Positions 1 to 9,554 of a DNA stretch of 64,000 nt are shown one piece after another. The position numbers were made by a program, and so were the translations under genes. Location: positions 84,161 through 148,160 of the forward strand of contig NYYT01000012.1 in the NCBI GenBank assembly GCA_002686885.1, given 5' to 3'. The DNA comes from Pedosphaera sp. Lineage in GTDB: Bacteria > Verrucomicrobiota > Verrucomicrobiia > Limisphaerales > AAA164-E04. Numbering within the stretch: position 1 is the first letter of the stretch; every line of letters starts with the position of its first letter. The notes under the pieces are model-generated. The model was not told where the DNA came from, did no database searches, and worked only from the letters and a program-made list of their open reading frames with translations.

Positions 1-1
1 A

Positions 2-1447
2 GGTTTTGATCTGGAAGGATCCTGGAAGACAGTCGGTGATCCACGCTACCTGGAAGCTTCGCCCGATGGCCGCCAGCTTGCCGTAAGCGGCACTTGGTCC
101 AGGCAGATTCAAATCATGAACGTTCCTGGTGATTCTCTTCCCCCGGAGCTATTGCTGACCCTCGACTTGAGCTTCAACCCGGGCCCCATGGTATTTGTGC
201 CAGACGAAAAACTTTTGCTCGTCATGCACGCCTTCGGAGGGCTTCTTGCCTGGGTCGAGCTGGACACGGGAAGCGTCCGATCGGTTGTCGAACTCCCGAT
301 GAACAACTTCGGGCGGCCGAAGATCCAAACGACCCATCAAGGGCCAGTGCTCTGGCTGGCCGGGCAGTCGCTCAACCCAAGGGCCACCACGTTTCAAACC
401 GAGGTCATGTGGGGGGTCTTGATGGACAATCAAATCCGCTCCATACCCGTGAGCTTGGCCCTCGATCCCATGACCCCTGTCCACCAAATGGGACGCGTGT
501 ATGGCATGGGGGATGAAACCGGTCCCGGTGGCGATCCGGGCAGCGTTTGGAGCACCCGAAAGGGCACTTTGATCGCTGCTTTGGAGGGGGTGGATAAGAT
601 CGCCCTCAGACCGCGATTGGATCAACCCGGCGTTCAACGGGTTGCTGTCGGAGATCGACCAGTGGACATGGCAATCAACCGGGAAGAAACCCGATTGTAT
701 GTAGCCAACCAGTTTTCGGATACCATATCCATTGTCGACCTCGAGGAGAACCGAAGCATCATGGATATCTCACTGGGAACTCAGCCGATGCTGGAAATCC
801 ATGAAAGAGGAGAGCGCGTTTTCTACGATGCCGAACTTTCTCTGCGCGGATGGTTCAGCTGCCACAGCTGCCATCCAAAGGGGCATTCCAGCGGATTGCT
901 GAACGACAACTTGGGAGATGATCATTTTGGTGCCCCCAAACGTATCTTGAGCCTGTTGGGCATCAAAGATACAGCCCCCTTTGCATGGAAAGGAAGCCTC
1001 TCCACTCTGGAAGATCAAATCAGCAAGTCCTTCCGTGACACGCTTCTCCATGCCGATAACACACAGGAAAAGGCCCTGGAAATCGGAGCGTTTCTTCGAA
1101 CCCTCAAGTCTCCGCCTTCCTGGAGAACACTTCGGGATGAAGTGGATACAGATCAAATCATCAAAGGAAAACGCCTTTTCAGAGATCTTGGCTGTCAGGA
1201 ATGCCATCGCCCCCCCACCTACACTTCCGATGGTCGGTACAAGGTGGGTATCCAGGACGAGGCCGGCGAAGCAGATTTCAATCCGCCCAGTCTAAGGGGG
1301 CTCAGCCAGAGGGATGATTTATTTCACGACAACCGTGCCCATTCCATCGAAGCTGTTTTGGTGGACCATGGTCACCCCGATCCGACCGCCCCCCCCATTA
1401 CTCAAAAGGATCTCGAGCCCTTGATTCACTTCCTGCTGAGCCTGTAG
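2..1447 (+). CDS. beta-propeller repeat / di-haem cytochrome c peroxidase-like protein (5' end cut by window edge)
   Basis: The reading frame is open from nt 2 through the listed ATG at 116 (translated ...ASPDGRQLAVSGTWSRQIQIMNVP...). The gene therefore probably begins upstream of the window. The C-terminal half has two CxxCH haem motifs (CHSCH, CQECH) in a CCP/MauG-like context. Confidence 0.7.
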   Translation, partial: GFDLEGSWKTVGDPRYLEASPDGRQLAVSGTWSRQIQIMNVPGDSLPPELLLTLDLSFNPGPMVFVPDEKLLLVMHAFGGLLAWVELDTGSVRSVVELPMNNFGRPKIQTTHQGPVLWLAGQSLNPRATTFQTEVMWGVLMDNQIRSIPVSLALDPMTPVHQMGRVYGMGDETGPGGDPGSVWSTRKGTLIAALEGVDKIALRPRLDQPGVQRVAVGDRPVDMAINREETRLYVANQFSDTISIVDLEENRSIMDISLGTQPMLEIHERGERVFYDAELSLRGWFSCHSCHPKGHSSGLLNDNLGDDHFGAPKRILSLLGIKDTAPFAWKGSLSTLEDQISKSFRDTLLHADNTQEKALEIGAFLRTLKSPPSWRTLRDEVDTDQIIKGKRLFRDLGCQECHRPPTYTSDGRYKVGIQDEAGEADFNPPSLRGLSQRDDLFHDNRAHSIEAVLVDHGHPDPTAPPITQKDLEPLIHFLLSL

Positions 1448-1451
1448 GCCA

Positions 1452-4400
1452 TCAGGAAAGGCGCTGCATCCAGTAGATCACCCGCTCACGCAAGTTACCT
1501 CCCCCAACCCTTCCAGGACCGAAGTGATCACGCTCGATTTGTTGAATCTCCTGGACCAATTCGATCTGTGCTGGATCCTCTGAAAACCGCGAGGACTTGA
1601 GCTGTCTAAGATACGCGATGGCCTGAAAAGGAGTCATGTCATCGGGTAAGTTGATCTCGACAGTGGCATCGTCGAGCACTGGTGTCGATGGTTGACGGTA
1701 AAGAAACCAGGCAGTCATCAACGCAACTCCGACGACGGCCAGAATCCAAGGCCATTGGCTGCCCCCGCCACCATAGCCACCACTGAGCAGGATTTCCGGA
1801 CCCACTGTTTCCAGGTCCGCATCTCGGTAGGTCAGATAGATGGCGTCCTTGACCGGAATGGAAGGCTTGGGAAAGACAAACCGATCGGGGCGCTCAGGCA
1901 AGGATGGCTTGGCCTTGAACTCCAACAACCACTGGCGTTCACTGAGGGCTGCCAGATCCTCGCTCTCCCCATCCAATTGACGCACCAGAACCCCTTCATC
2001 CTGCATGCGGATCCTGTCAAAAGCTTCTTCCTGAAAAGAAACGAGATGTTCGATCCCCGGCACCAGCCCCCTGGCGGTGGCCTTGATTTCAAGCACAAGC
2101 ACCCCCTCATCAGATCTCCTTTCATCGATGGTCTGGGTCAAGGTCAGATCTCTGTAGGGTCGTTGCGGTTGACCGTTCTCCTCCGATTGCAGGGAAAGGT
2201 GAGAGGAGGCCACTGGGAGCACGACGTATCCCGAGGTATCCATGAAATCCAGATCCATCTGCAGACTGGGCAACATGTCCACCTCAGGGCCAAGGGCACG
2301 AAGCAACAGGTAGGCATAGGGTGTTCGTCTCCAGCCGGGTTGAGCATCCCCCACCGATCCGGTTTTTTCATTGTGAAAAGTGACAGAAAGAACCTCGAAG
2401 TGCTCCTTGAGCGTTTCACGAGCCGCCTCCTCAAAGTCGTCTCGATAATTCACCGTGGGCCTTCCATAGTTGTAGTAGTAACCGACGTTGTTTTGATTCT
2501 GCAGATATTTGGAAAAGCCGCCTGACTCGCGCTCTACTTCTTTGGTGTGGCGGATATCCACAAACAACCCGAAAGGTTCCGTATGCCCCACCTGAGCAGA
2601 TCCATCCAAACGGGCTTCGAGCTCAATTTCCGTCACCAGATCCTGATAATAATCGAACAACTTGCGGGCCTGAAGGGCCTTCTCGTGATCTCCAGCGATG
2701 GCAAGACCCGATTTGAGGTATCGGTGCTTGAGCTCGGCCTTCAGCGCCGAAATGCGAGTCGAAAGCGAATTGGCAAAACGAGCCAGATGCCGCTCGGAAG
2801 CGGGTTGTGGCAGCTGTTGGATGGCTTCACGAATACGCTCTACCTGTCGCCCGTCCGGTTGATGATAGTCCCTGAGTCCAGCCAGGTCTGTGGCCCCCAG
2901 GCTGGCATAAAACCAGAAATCATACACCTCGGAGGATTCATCCTCCTGAGCCATCGAAGGTAATTGCTTGGCGTAGGAGGCAGCTGCTTTCTCAAATTGC
3001 TCAAAGGCAGAGGCTCGCCTCTGACTGAATTGCGTGTCTTTGCTGAGCTCATACCGATAGGTGTTTTCATCAAACAGGATGCAGGCATGTGCCAAAGCCA
3101 TGGACCAATGCTCCGGGTAGCGCTGTAACCCTTTTCGGAGAACCTCGCCAGCTACCTGGTAACCACGAAAAACCTCAGCCTGTAATTCCTGGTCTTTGCG
3201 TTGTGTTTGATTTTTTTTCTGCACGTCAGGCTGACGCCACACCGTTGCCAGATTGGACCGCATGGTTTGAATCATGCCTGCCAGGGTTTCCGGTTCGAGG
3301 GTGTCCGCGCTGCCAAAAACATTCTCGATATCTTCAAGACGATAGACTTCGGCGACGCTGTGACAGGTGGTGAACGCCCTTGCCAAAAGCTTTTCATCCA
3401 CCCCTTTGATGGGAAGGGCTCGCAGCCGTTGGACCCATTGAGTCAGCTCCTTCAAATTGCGAACCTGCTTGGAGCGCGTCAATGGGATTCCCTCGGCATT
3501 ACGGTTGTAACCGTAGATATACATGTAGGTGCTACGACGATTCTTATCGGTGTTTGGATCGTGATTTTCTGTCCATATTCGAACGAATTCGTTGGCCAGC
3601 TCATGCGCCAGATTCGGGTGTGTCCGGGCCAGCTGCTCAATATAGGGAAAAGCGCTCTCCTCTTCCCTGACCTTGAGATGCAGCTTGGCCAGCACTTCCA
3701 TGAAGCGTGATTGGATACTCGGCTCGACCGATTGGAGCCAAGGTTGGGTAGGTAAGTTCTTGAGCAGATCCCCTGAAGCAATCGGCTGCGGTTCATTGGG
3801 GCGATTGGCCGTCGCTGAGGATTTTGGACGGTAGTATAGGTTCCCGTACATGTCATACTGCATGAGCGGAGAAGCACTCTTTGAGGGGTCTTTTTCCAAC
3901 GAATACTCTGCTTCGGACAACCAATTGAGAGCCATGAGGGAAAGAGCGTGCCTGGCTCGCCCATTGGGATCTCCCAAGATGCGAATCCATAACTCGGATG
4001 CGCGAGATTGCAACACCAAGGCATCCAGCCGCTGATCGGCTTCGCGTTGTTCACGCTGGGCTGCTGTCATGGAACCGATGAGGCCCAGAACATCCAAACC
4101 GACGGCAGGTGAACTCTCAAACAGATCCTCAAGCCATGATTGACCGACCTCAGGTGGCAGTTGATGGGTCAATTTCAGGGCGCGCTGAAGTGCCAGCAGA
4201 CGCTCCGGCTCGTCCACCTGCTCCAGGTCCAGCACCGCCTGAGAGGCAGACCAGGCAGCCTGAAGGTGCTGGTCATCGGGAGATTGACCATGCTTGGCAA
4301 GAAAAGCGACGGCCCTGAAATTCAGGGCTTCGGCATCTCCTTCCTGGATGGCCTGCTCCTGCGAGGGGATGAAGGAAAGCATTCGAGTCTCAAGCCCTGA

Positions 4401-5258
4401 ATGGAAAAGGAGCCGTGCCGCCGATCGACGGCCTTCGGGATCATCCCCCCCCACCCTGCGCGTACCTCGTTGGAGGGTATCTAGAATGGGCTCTGGATCG
4501 TATCCCTGGGTAAGCATTTTCCTCAGCAGGACTCCCATCTTGGTCCAATCATCGGATTCCATGTCCCCCGGCATGCTGTCAATGAGTCCAAAAAAATCAT
4601 CAGGTCCCAGGTCGTGATCTTCGGCCCGCTGCCGATTGGGTGGCACGGGCTGTCCTGGACGAAACCCCGGTCGGGTCGAAAGTTGCTGCACCAGGTGCCG
4701 CCAGGCGGCTTGCACGGACTCAGCTTCCATGGACCAGAAAAAACCCCTCACAGCCTCCCATTGACCCAGAGTCACTTGCCTGGAAAGTATACGTAATTCT
4801 TGCCCAATGGCATCTTTCAGCATCTGGGTTTCATCCTTCTGCTCACTCTCAGTTTCAGCATTTGCCGATGCATCTCCCGGGGAGTCTTTGCCCGTATCAA
4901 ACCCGCGTAAGGTTTCAAGGATCACCGAAGGACGTCGGTCAAAAGATTGCTTGAGGAATGCCTGAGAAAGCAAAACCGAACGACTGGGTTTGGCAGCCGG
5001 GGCATTGGTTGGCGTCGTGAGGGTAGCGGAAGTCGCAAGGGTGGATTCCGCTCCAGCAGGAACCACCGAACGCCCCGGGAGGGTGGAACGCTCTTCAACC
5101 ACCTTGGGCTGAGATGAAACACCCGGAAGAACCTTGATTGCTGGAACCATCTGGATCGCAGGCCCCACGCCTTTAGCTGCACTGGATTGAGCCAACATGG
5201 CTTTGGTCAGCCATGCATCCATCGCAATGAGGGAGATCAAGATGAAAAAAATGCGCAT
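1452..5258 (-). CDS. very large (1268 aa) secreted, C-terminally membrane-anchored protein of unknown function
   Basis: Single uninterrupted ORF. N-terminal signal-like segment MRIFFILISLIAMDAW. One hydrophobic helix near the C-terminus (WPWILAVVGVALMTAWFLY) followed by a cytoplasmic tail of about 90 aa. I recognise no catalytic motif. Confidence 0.7.
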   Translation of the reverse strand: MRIFFILISLIAMDAWLTKAMLAQSSAAKGVGPAIQMVPAIKVLPGVSSQPKVVEERSTLPGRSVVPAGAESTLATSATLTTPTNAPAAKPSRSVLLSQAFLKQSFDRRPSVILETLRGFDTGKDSPGDASANAETESEQKDETQMLKDAIGQELRILSRQVTLGQWEAVRGFFWSMEAESVQAAWRHLVQQLSTRPGFRPGQPVPPNRQRAEDHDLGPDDFFGLIDSMPGDMESDDWTKMGVLLRKMLTQGYDPEPILDTLQRGTRRVGGDDPEGRRSAARLLFHSGLETRMLSFIPSQEQAIQEGDAEALNFRAVAFLAKHGQSPDDQHLQAAWSASQAVLDLEQVDEPERLLALQRALKLTHQLPPEVGQSWLEDLFESSPAVGLDVLGLIGSMTAAQREQREADQRLDALVLQSRASELWIRILGDPNGRARHALSLMALNWLSEAEYSLEKDPSKSASPLMQYDMYGNLYYRPKSSATANRPNEPQPIASGDLLKNLPTQPWLQSVEPSIQSRFMEVLAKLHLKVREEESAFPYIEQLARTHPNLAHELANEFVRIWTENHDPNTDKNRRSTYMYIYGYNRNAEGIPLTRSKQVRNLKELTQWVQRLRALPIKGVDEKLLARAFTTCHSVAEVYRLEDIENVFGSADTLEPETLAGMIQTMRSNLATVWRQPDVQKKNQTQRKDQELQAEVFRGYQVAGEVLRKGLQRYPEHWSMALAHACILFDENTYRYELSKDTQFSQRRASAFEQFEKAAASYAKQLPSMAQEDESSEVYDFWFYASLGATDLAGLRDYHQPDGRQVERIREAIQQLPQPASERHLARFANSLSTRISALKAELKHRYLKSGLAIAGDHEKALQARKLFDYYQDLVTEIELEARLDGSAQVGHTEPFGLFVDIRHTKEVERESGGFSKYLQNQNNVGYYYNYGRPTVNYRDDFEEAARETLKEHFEVLSVTFHNEKTGSVGDAQPGWRRTPYAYLLLRALGPEVDMLPSLQMDLDFMDTSGYVVLPVASSHLSLQSEENGQPQRPYRDLTLTQTIDERRSDEGVLVLEIKATARGLVPGIEHLVSFQEEAFDRIRMQDEGVLVRQLDGESEDLAALSERQWLLEFKAKPSLPERPDRFVFPKPSIPVKDAIYLTYRDADLETVGPEILLSGGYGGGGSQWPWILAVVGVALMTAWFLYRQPSTPVLDDATVEINLPDDMTPFQAIAYLRQLKSSRFSEDPAQIELVQEIQQIERDHFGPGRVGGGNLRERVIYWMQRLS

Positions 5259-5267
5259 CGTCCCGTA

Positions 5268-5287
5268 GGTTCAGGTTGGTTCAGGTT
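5268..5287. repeat. perfect tandem 10-mer GGTTCAGGTT x2 in the leader region of the 1268-aa gene
   Basis: Read directly. The complementary CCTGAACC at 5317..5324 could pair with either copy. CGACCG x3 lies at 5383..5400. Confidence 0.6.
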
Positions 5288-5414
5288 TTCAAGAACCCTG
5301 ACCATCGGGCGGCGGCCCTGAACCTGCGCCCCGACTGTCTTCGGGAAGTGCCCCTTGTTGCCCCTTTCCTTTGCCATTGCCTCGACCGCGACCGCGACCG
5401 CTACCACAGCCCTG

Positions 5415-6008
5415 TCACTGGCTGGGAAGGGGGAGTCCCTGCAGGTCCCCCAGGTCCATTCTCGCAAGCTGAATGGCCGACTCCAGATCCCTCTGATGTT
5501 GAGCTCTTGTGGATTCCTTGTCTGGGGTTGTTGGCTGGGTCGCCAAGAAACCATAATGCTGCCGAGCCGACTCGGCATGCCGCCTCCAGGTAGCCTCATC
5601 CACACCTTCCAGGCGCATCAGCCAGGTGAGATAAAATTCAGCATTCGCCAAAGATTGACGCACCTCATCACCCAAAGCAGCCTCGGACTGTTCATCTCCT
5701 GAAACTTCATCCATCAAAGCCACGAGTGACTCCCGGGCTTCGGGCAGTTGAGAGGCCATCATCTGGGCTTTGGCTTTCTCGAGGCGTATACGACGCGAAA
5801 GAGCCTCTTCACCCTCCGGCATACTTTGCAAACTTTGATCATAAAGATCGATGGCCTTTTCCCACTGCGCATCCTCCGAGTAATGATGGGCCGCCTGAGT
5901 CATGAGGGCGACTTCATCCAATGCGGACTGCTTTTGGCCTGGACCATAGTGGTAGGCAAGCAGAAGAGCAGGCAGTAGGAACCAGGAGGATAAAATCAAT
6001 CGCTTCAT
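5415..6008 (-). CDS. small secreted TPR-like/helical-repeat protein
   Basis: The ORF track gives 5415..6065. The internal ATG at 6008 yields a clean signal peptide (MKRLILSSWFLLPALLLA). The rest is helical-repeat-like. It sits immediately upstream of, and co-directional with, the 1268-aa gene. Confidence 0.5.
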   Translation of the reverse strand: MKRLILSSWFLLPALLLAYHYGPGQKQSALDEVALMTQAAHHYSEDAQWEKAIDLYDQSLQSMPEGEEALSRRIRLEKAKAQMMASQLPEARESLVALMDEVSGDEQSEAALGDEVRQSLANAEFYLTWLMRLEGVDEATWRRHAESARQHYGFLATQPTTPDKESTRAQHQRDLESAIQLARMDLGDLQGLPLPSQ

Positions 6009-6112
6009 GAACTTCTTTGCTGAAGTGAACCATCGTAATTTTTGCGATGTGGAATGCAACACCAAAGATCAAATAGGGTTTGATGGAAACGCCTGCTGTG
6101 CTTTGAGGTCAC

Positions 6113-6931
6113 TCAGAGTTGCCATGAAGGAGCAAACAAACTTCTGGCATTGCACCCTAGTTGCTCTTGAAGTTTCTGATGTGAGATGCCCCATTCGCTG
6201 GAGACAAACTCGTAGATGGCCCTTATGTTGCCGGGATGATTGATCGCCTTGCCGGATTCGGTGTCACTCAATGGACAGAAGCACCAGTCTGATGGGGGGA
6301 GCATCTCCGGTGCATCGGTTTCCAGAAGCAAGCGTTCCATGGGGATGGTCTTGAAGACCTCGAGTTGCCGAGATTTGCGTGGGTGCATGAACCCGCCAGA
6401 AAAAGAAAAGTAAGCTCCCAGGTTCAAAAATTCGGGCACCATCTCTACAGGTCCTCCGTAGGAATGAAGCAGAAAACCCGGGCCTTCATGCGGATGGCTT
6501 TCCACCAACTCCAGCAAGCGGCCCCAAGCCTTGAGGCAATGCACGGTCACCGCACGCTTGTGTTCGTTGGCCAAACTCCACTGAGCAAGAAACACCTCGA
6601 CTTGTTCTTCCAGATTGTCCTTGCGCAACCAGCGATCCAGACCAATTTCCCCAACGGGTGTTCCATCCTGCTTCAACCAATGCCCCAGGTTTTCCAACCA
6701 TCGCAGCGATCGCTCATGAATATACCAGGGATGCAGTCCATAGGAGCAAAGAATGCGATCGGATTGTTTACCCAATCCATGCACCTTGGCCCAATCCTCC
6801 TCTGAGGTTCCATTCACAACGGCCATACCCACCGATGCGGTCGTGAGGATTTGCCTCAGATCAGGCAAGCACCGCTCAAGGCGCGGGTCCTGCCAATGAA
6901 GGTGTGCATCGACCAGCATGACTTGATTCAA
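6113..6931 (-). CDS. tatD: TatD-family metal-dependent hydrolase
   Basis: N-terminal DAHLHWQD and C-terminal LLLETDAP metal-ligand motifs. Length of 272 aa is typical for TatD/YjjV. Confidence 0.85.
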   Translation of the reverse strand: MNQVMLVDAHLHWQDPRLERCLPDLRQILTTASVGMAVVNGTSEEDWAKVHGLGKQSDRILCSYGLHPWYIHERSLRWLENLGHWLKQDGTPVGEIGLDRWLRKDNLEEQVEVFLAQWSLANEHKRAVTVHCLKAWGRLLELVESHPHEGPGFLLHSYGGPVEMVPEFLNLGAYFSFSGGFMHPRKSRQLEVFKTIPMERLLLETDAPEMLPPSDWCFCPLSDTESGKAINHPGNIRAIYEFVSSEWGISHQKLQEQLGCNARSLFAPSWQL

Positions 6932-6976
6932 TGAAGAAAGAACTTGGAGTGAAGGGCCAGCCTAGCCCTTCCCACA

Positions 6977-8482
6977 TCATACCAGAGGCAGGATCTTGGA
7001 GAAGACGAGGATTTCAATCAGTCCCACAATCGCAATCACCGTAAGCAGCACGGTCCATGTACGTAGGGTTTCCTTTTCGGTAAACCCGCTCAATCGCTGC
7101 ACCACCCAAAACCCACTGTCATTCATCCACGACAGGGTGATGGAGCCAAACCCAATCGCGAGGAAAACATAAAGCGGATGATAAGGCAGTCCACTGCCAT
7201 CGCCGATCACCGCGGACATCAGCCCCACGCCGGTAATCATGGCTACCGTGGCAGAGCCCTGGGCAATCCTCACCACGGCCGTCGCGACCCAGGCCAGCAG
7301 AATGTAATTGAGGCTGAATTTTTCTGCCAAACCCTCAATGGCCTCTCCCACCCCCGCCAGACGAATCATCCCGCCAAAAGCCCCACCAGCGCCGGTGATC
7401 AGGATGATGACTCCAGCCGTAGCCAGGGGAGATTCCAGTTTTTCCGAAAGGGCCTTGGCCAGCTTTCCCTTCAATTCGGGCTGGTTTCGCAGCATTTGAC
7501 GTGCATAGGTGAAGATCGAAAATCCAGCAGCAATGAGCATGGCAATATTTGGTTGCCCAACAAATTCGAGCATGGGGAAAAACCCAAAATCCGTCGTCTT
7601 GAGAAGTTTTAAAATGGAAACCAAGGAAATGACCACGACTGGAAAAGCCACGGGAATGGACGAAACAAACAAGCCTGGCAGCTGATCGTCCTTTTGATCA
7701 ACGATGCTCTGAAGATCCTGATGCGAAGCACCTGGTGTTTCCCGCATGGGGATATGGAGTCGATCATTGAACCGCCTTGCCATGACGAGCACCACCCAGG
7801 CTGGAAGCACACTGGCTGCCAGGCCTGCAACCATGGCGATGCCCAATTCTATTTTGAGGCCATCGGCAATCATGAGTGGCCCTGGAGTCGGCGGCACCAT
7901 GGAATGGGTAATGGCCCCGGCACCCGCCATGGCAATCACATAGAGGGTGTAGTTCTTGCCGATGCGCAGACTCAAGGCACGAGCCAGGGGGATGAGGAGG
8001 AAGAAAACCGTATCAAAGAACACAGGTATGGAGAGCAGAAACCCACTCGAGAGAAGGACCAAACCTGCCCGCTTTTCCCCGCATAAGGCCAGCAAGGCAC
8101 GAACCACGCGATCGGCTGCCCCACTGCCCATCATGCAGGTTCCAATGATGGCGGCCAAAGCGACGACCAAACCAATGCCACCCGCAGTATCTCCAAAGCC
8201 CATAAGTGACCAGGTCACGGCTTTGTTCCAGTTGTTGCCACTCATCTCGGAGGTATCCAACGCCACGCGACTGTGGAACAAGCCTTTGTTGAGGTTGTTG
8301 GTATCTGGAAGATCTCCTGTCATCAAACCCGCCAGAAAGGCTGCCAGAATGAGGGCCAGAAAGGCATGCACCCGCAACTGGGTAATGGCGACGACAATGA
8401 ACACGACGCAGACCATTAAAATCATGAAAGGCCAGAGAGAAATGGGCGTCTCTGAAGAGACCTGAGCAAGGAAAGGAATCAT
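6977..8482 (-). CDS. GntP-family (gluconate:H+ symporter-like) permease
   Basis: Polytopic membrane protein. The N-terminus (...LRVHAFLALILAAFLAGLMTG...) and overall pattern resemble GntP/DsdX transporters. There is an insertion of about 45 aa after the first helices. Confidence 0.75.
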   Translation of the reverse strand: MIPFLAQVSSETPISLWPFMILMVCVVFIVVAITQLRVHAFLALILAAFLAGLMTGDLPDTNNLNKGLFHSRVALDTSEMSGNNWNKAVTWSLMGFGDTAGGIGLVVALAAIIGTCMMGSGAADRVVRALLALCGEKRAGLVLLSSGFLLSIPVFFDTVFFLLIPLARALSLRIGKNYTLYVIAMAGAGAITHSMVPPTPGPLMIADGLKIELGIAMVAGLAASVLPAWVVLVMARRFNDRLHIPMRETPGASHQDLQSIVDQKDDQLPGLFVSSIPVAFPVVVISLVSILKLLKTTDFGFFPMLEFVGQPNIAMLIAAGFSIFTYARQMLRNQPELKGKLAKALSEKLESPLATAGVIILITGAGGAFGGMIRLAGVGEAIEGLAEKFSLNYILLAWVATAVVRIAQGSATVAMITGVGLMSAVIGDGSGLPYHPLYVFLAIGFGSITLSWMNDSGFWVVQRLSGFTEKETLRTWTVLLTVIAIVGLIEILVFSKILPLV

Positions 8483-8760
8483 GGAAGCAAGATCGCTGGG
8501 TTTGGCTCAGTCCGTCACAAAAAGCCCAAACGGTCAAGCGTATCTTGAACCTCGGCAAATCAGCCTCCAAAGAGGGGGGCCCGTAGCTCCATCACTTAGT
8601 TCAGTGAGAAGCCCAAGGATCTTTGGGGATGAAGAGGCGCATCCAATTATCCGAAATTCGAATGAGTTGTCTTTTTTTCAACACCTTTCATGAAGGCTCA
8701 GCATCCCCTTTCAGAAATAATCAGAACAGGTGATCCAATCACCGTTATCAGGCTCGAAGT

Positions 8761-8819
8761 GGCCGGGTGTGCCGAGTATCCTTTGGTAGGGATTTTGGAT
8801 GGCAGCCCGGCCACTTTTT
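8761..8819 (+). terminator. GC-rich hairpin followed by a T5 run (candidate intrinsic terminator/attenuator) inside a 463-bp intergenic region
   Basis: GGCCGGG (8761-8767) pairs with CCCGGCC (8806-8812). The inner segment has further pairing potential (ATCC/GGAT). ACTTTTTA follows. Confidence 0.35.
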
Positions 8820-8945
8820 ATGGACTGCCCAGCCGCTTACATGAGCGGGCATGGCCCTCGAGCGTCTTCTGGGCCAACCTGAGTCATCCATGATGCGACT
8901 CATTCCCTTCTTGGCCATCGCTCGAAACTACGTTAAGCCTACAGA

Positions 8946-9554
8946 GTGTCGGCGCCACGTCAGATTAAAAACATTGCCCTGACAGGATTCATGGGAGTCG
9001 GAAAATCCACCATTGGAAGACATCTTTCCGAACTCCTGGGTTTCACCTTCATCGATACGGATGAGAGGATTGAAACACAGGAAAAGTGCAGCATCAGTGA
9101 AATATTCACCCATCAGGGTGAAAGCGCGTTTCGGCACATGGAACAAAACCTCGTCCGGGAGATGAAGGACTGGAGCCAATGCATTATTTCCACAGGTGGT
9201 GGCCTGGTCACTTACGAAGACAACATGGATTGTCTGAAGCAAAGCGCTTTTGTCGTGTGCCTGTGGGCTTCGCCCGCAACCATCTATGAGCGCGTTCGAA
9301 GGCAATCGCATCGACCCCTCCTGCAAACGCCCAACCCCCTGGAAACCATCACCCACTTACTGGAAGAGCGAAAGCATGCCTACCAGTCCGCGGACCTCAT
9401 GATCAACACGGAAGTCCGCCCCATGCGTCAAATGGCACAGATCATCCTTCGATCCTATCAGGCGGCCATCCGACGTTGGAATCGATCTTCGACCCCGAGG
9501 AAGGAATCCACCCCCAGAAACAATCCTCAGGCATCTTCAACAAAGCATCCATGA
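8946..9554 (+). CDS. aroK: shikimate kinase
   Basis: P-loop GFMGVGKSTIG close to the N-terminus followed by FIDTD. GTG start as listed in the ORF track. Confidence 0.9.
   Translation: MSAPRQIKNIALTGFMGVGKSTIGRHLSELLGFTFIDTDERIETQEKCSISEIFTHQGESAFRHMEQNLVREMKDWSQCIISTGGGLVTYEDNMDCLKQSAFVVCLWASPATIYERVRRQSHRPLLQTPNPLETITHLLEERKHAYQSADLMINTEVRPMRQMAQIILRSYQAAIRRWNRSSTPRKESTPRNNPQASSTKHP

Noticed and set aside
5355-5702. A plus-strand ORF with an ATATATTA-type repeat (STATATATTAL) overlapping the CGACCG x3 repeat.
   Set aside because: The repeat text is a translation artefact of the hexanucleotide repeat in an intergenic leader. Most of the ORF is antisense to the TPR-like gene.
1452-6008. Calling the 1268-aa protein BatD and the upstream TPR protein BatC/BatE (aerotolerance operon).
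   Set aside because: Only the topology is similar (signal peptide, large ectodomain, C-terminal TM, TPR neighbour). The defining MoxR ATPase, DUF58 and vWA (BatA/BatB) genes are absent from the neighbourhood. The protein is also about twice the usual BatD size.
8575-8660. A tRNA-like start (GGGGGGCCCGTAGCTCC...) in the long gntP/aroK intergenic region.
   Set aside because: After GTAGCTC the sequence does not form a D-arm or anticodon arm, there is no GTTCGAATC-type T-loop at the correct distance, and there is no complementary acceptor 3' strand. It is not a tRNA.
8690-8893. A 67-aa ORF in the same intergenic region.
   Set aside because: It has no motif, no plausible ribosome-binding context and no signal or TM features. 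It reads straight through the GC-rich hairpin plus T-run. It is more likely non-coding.
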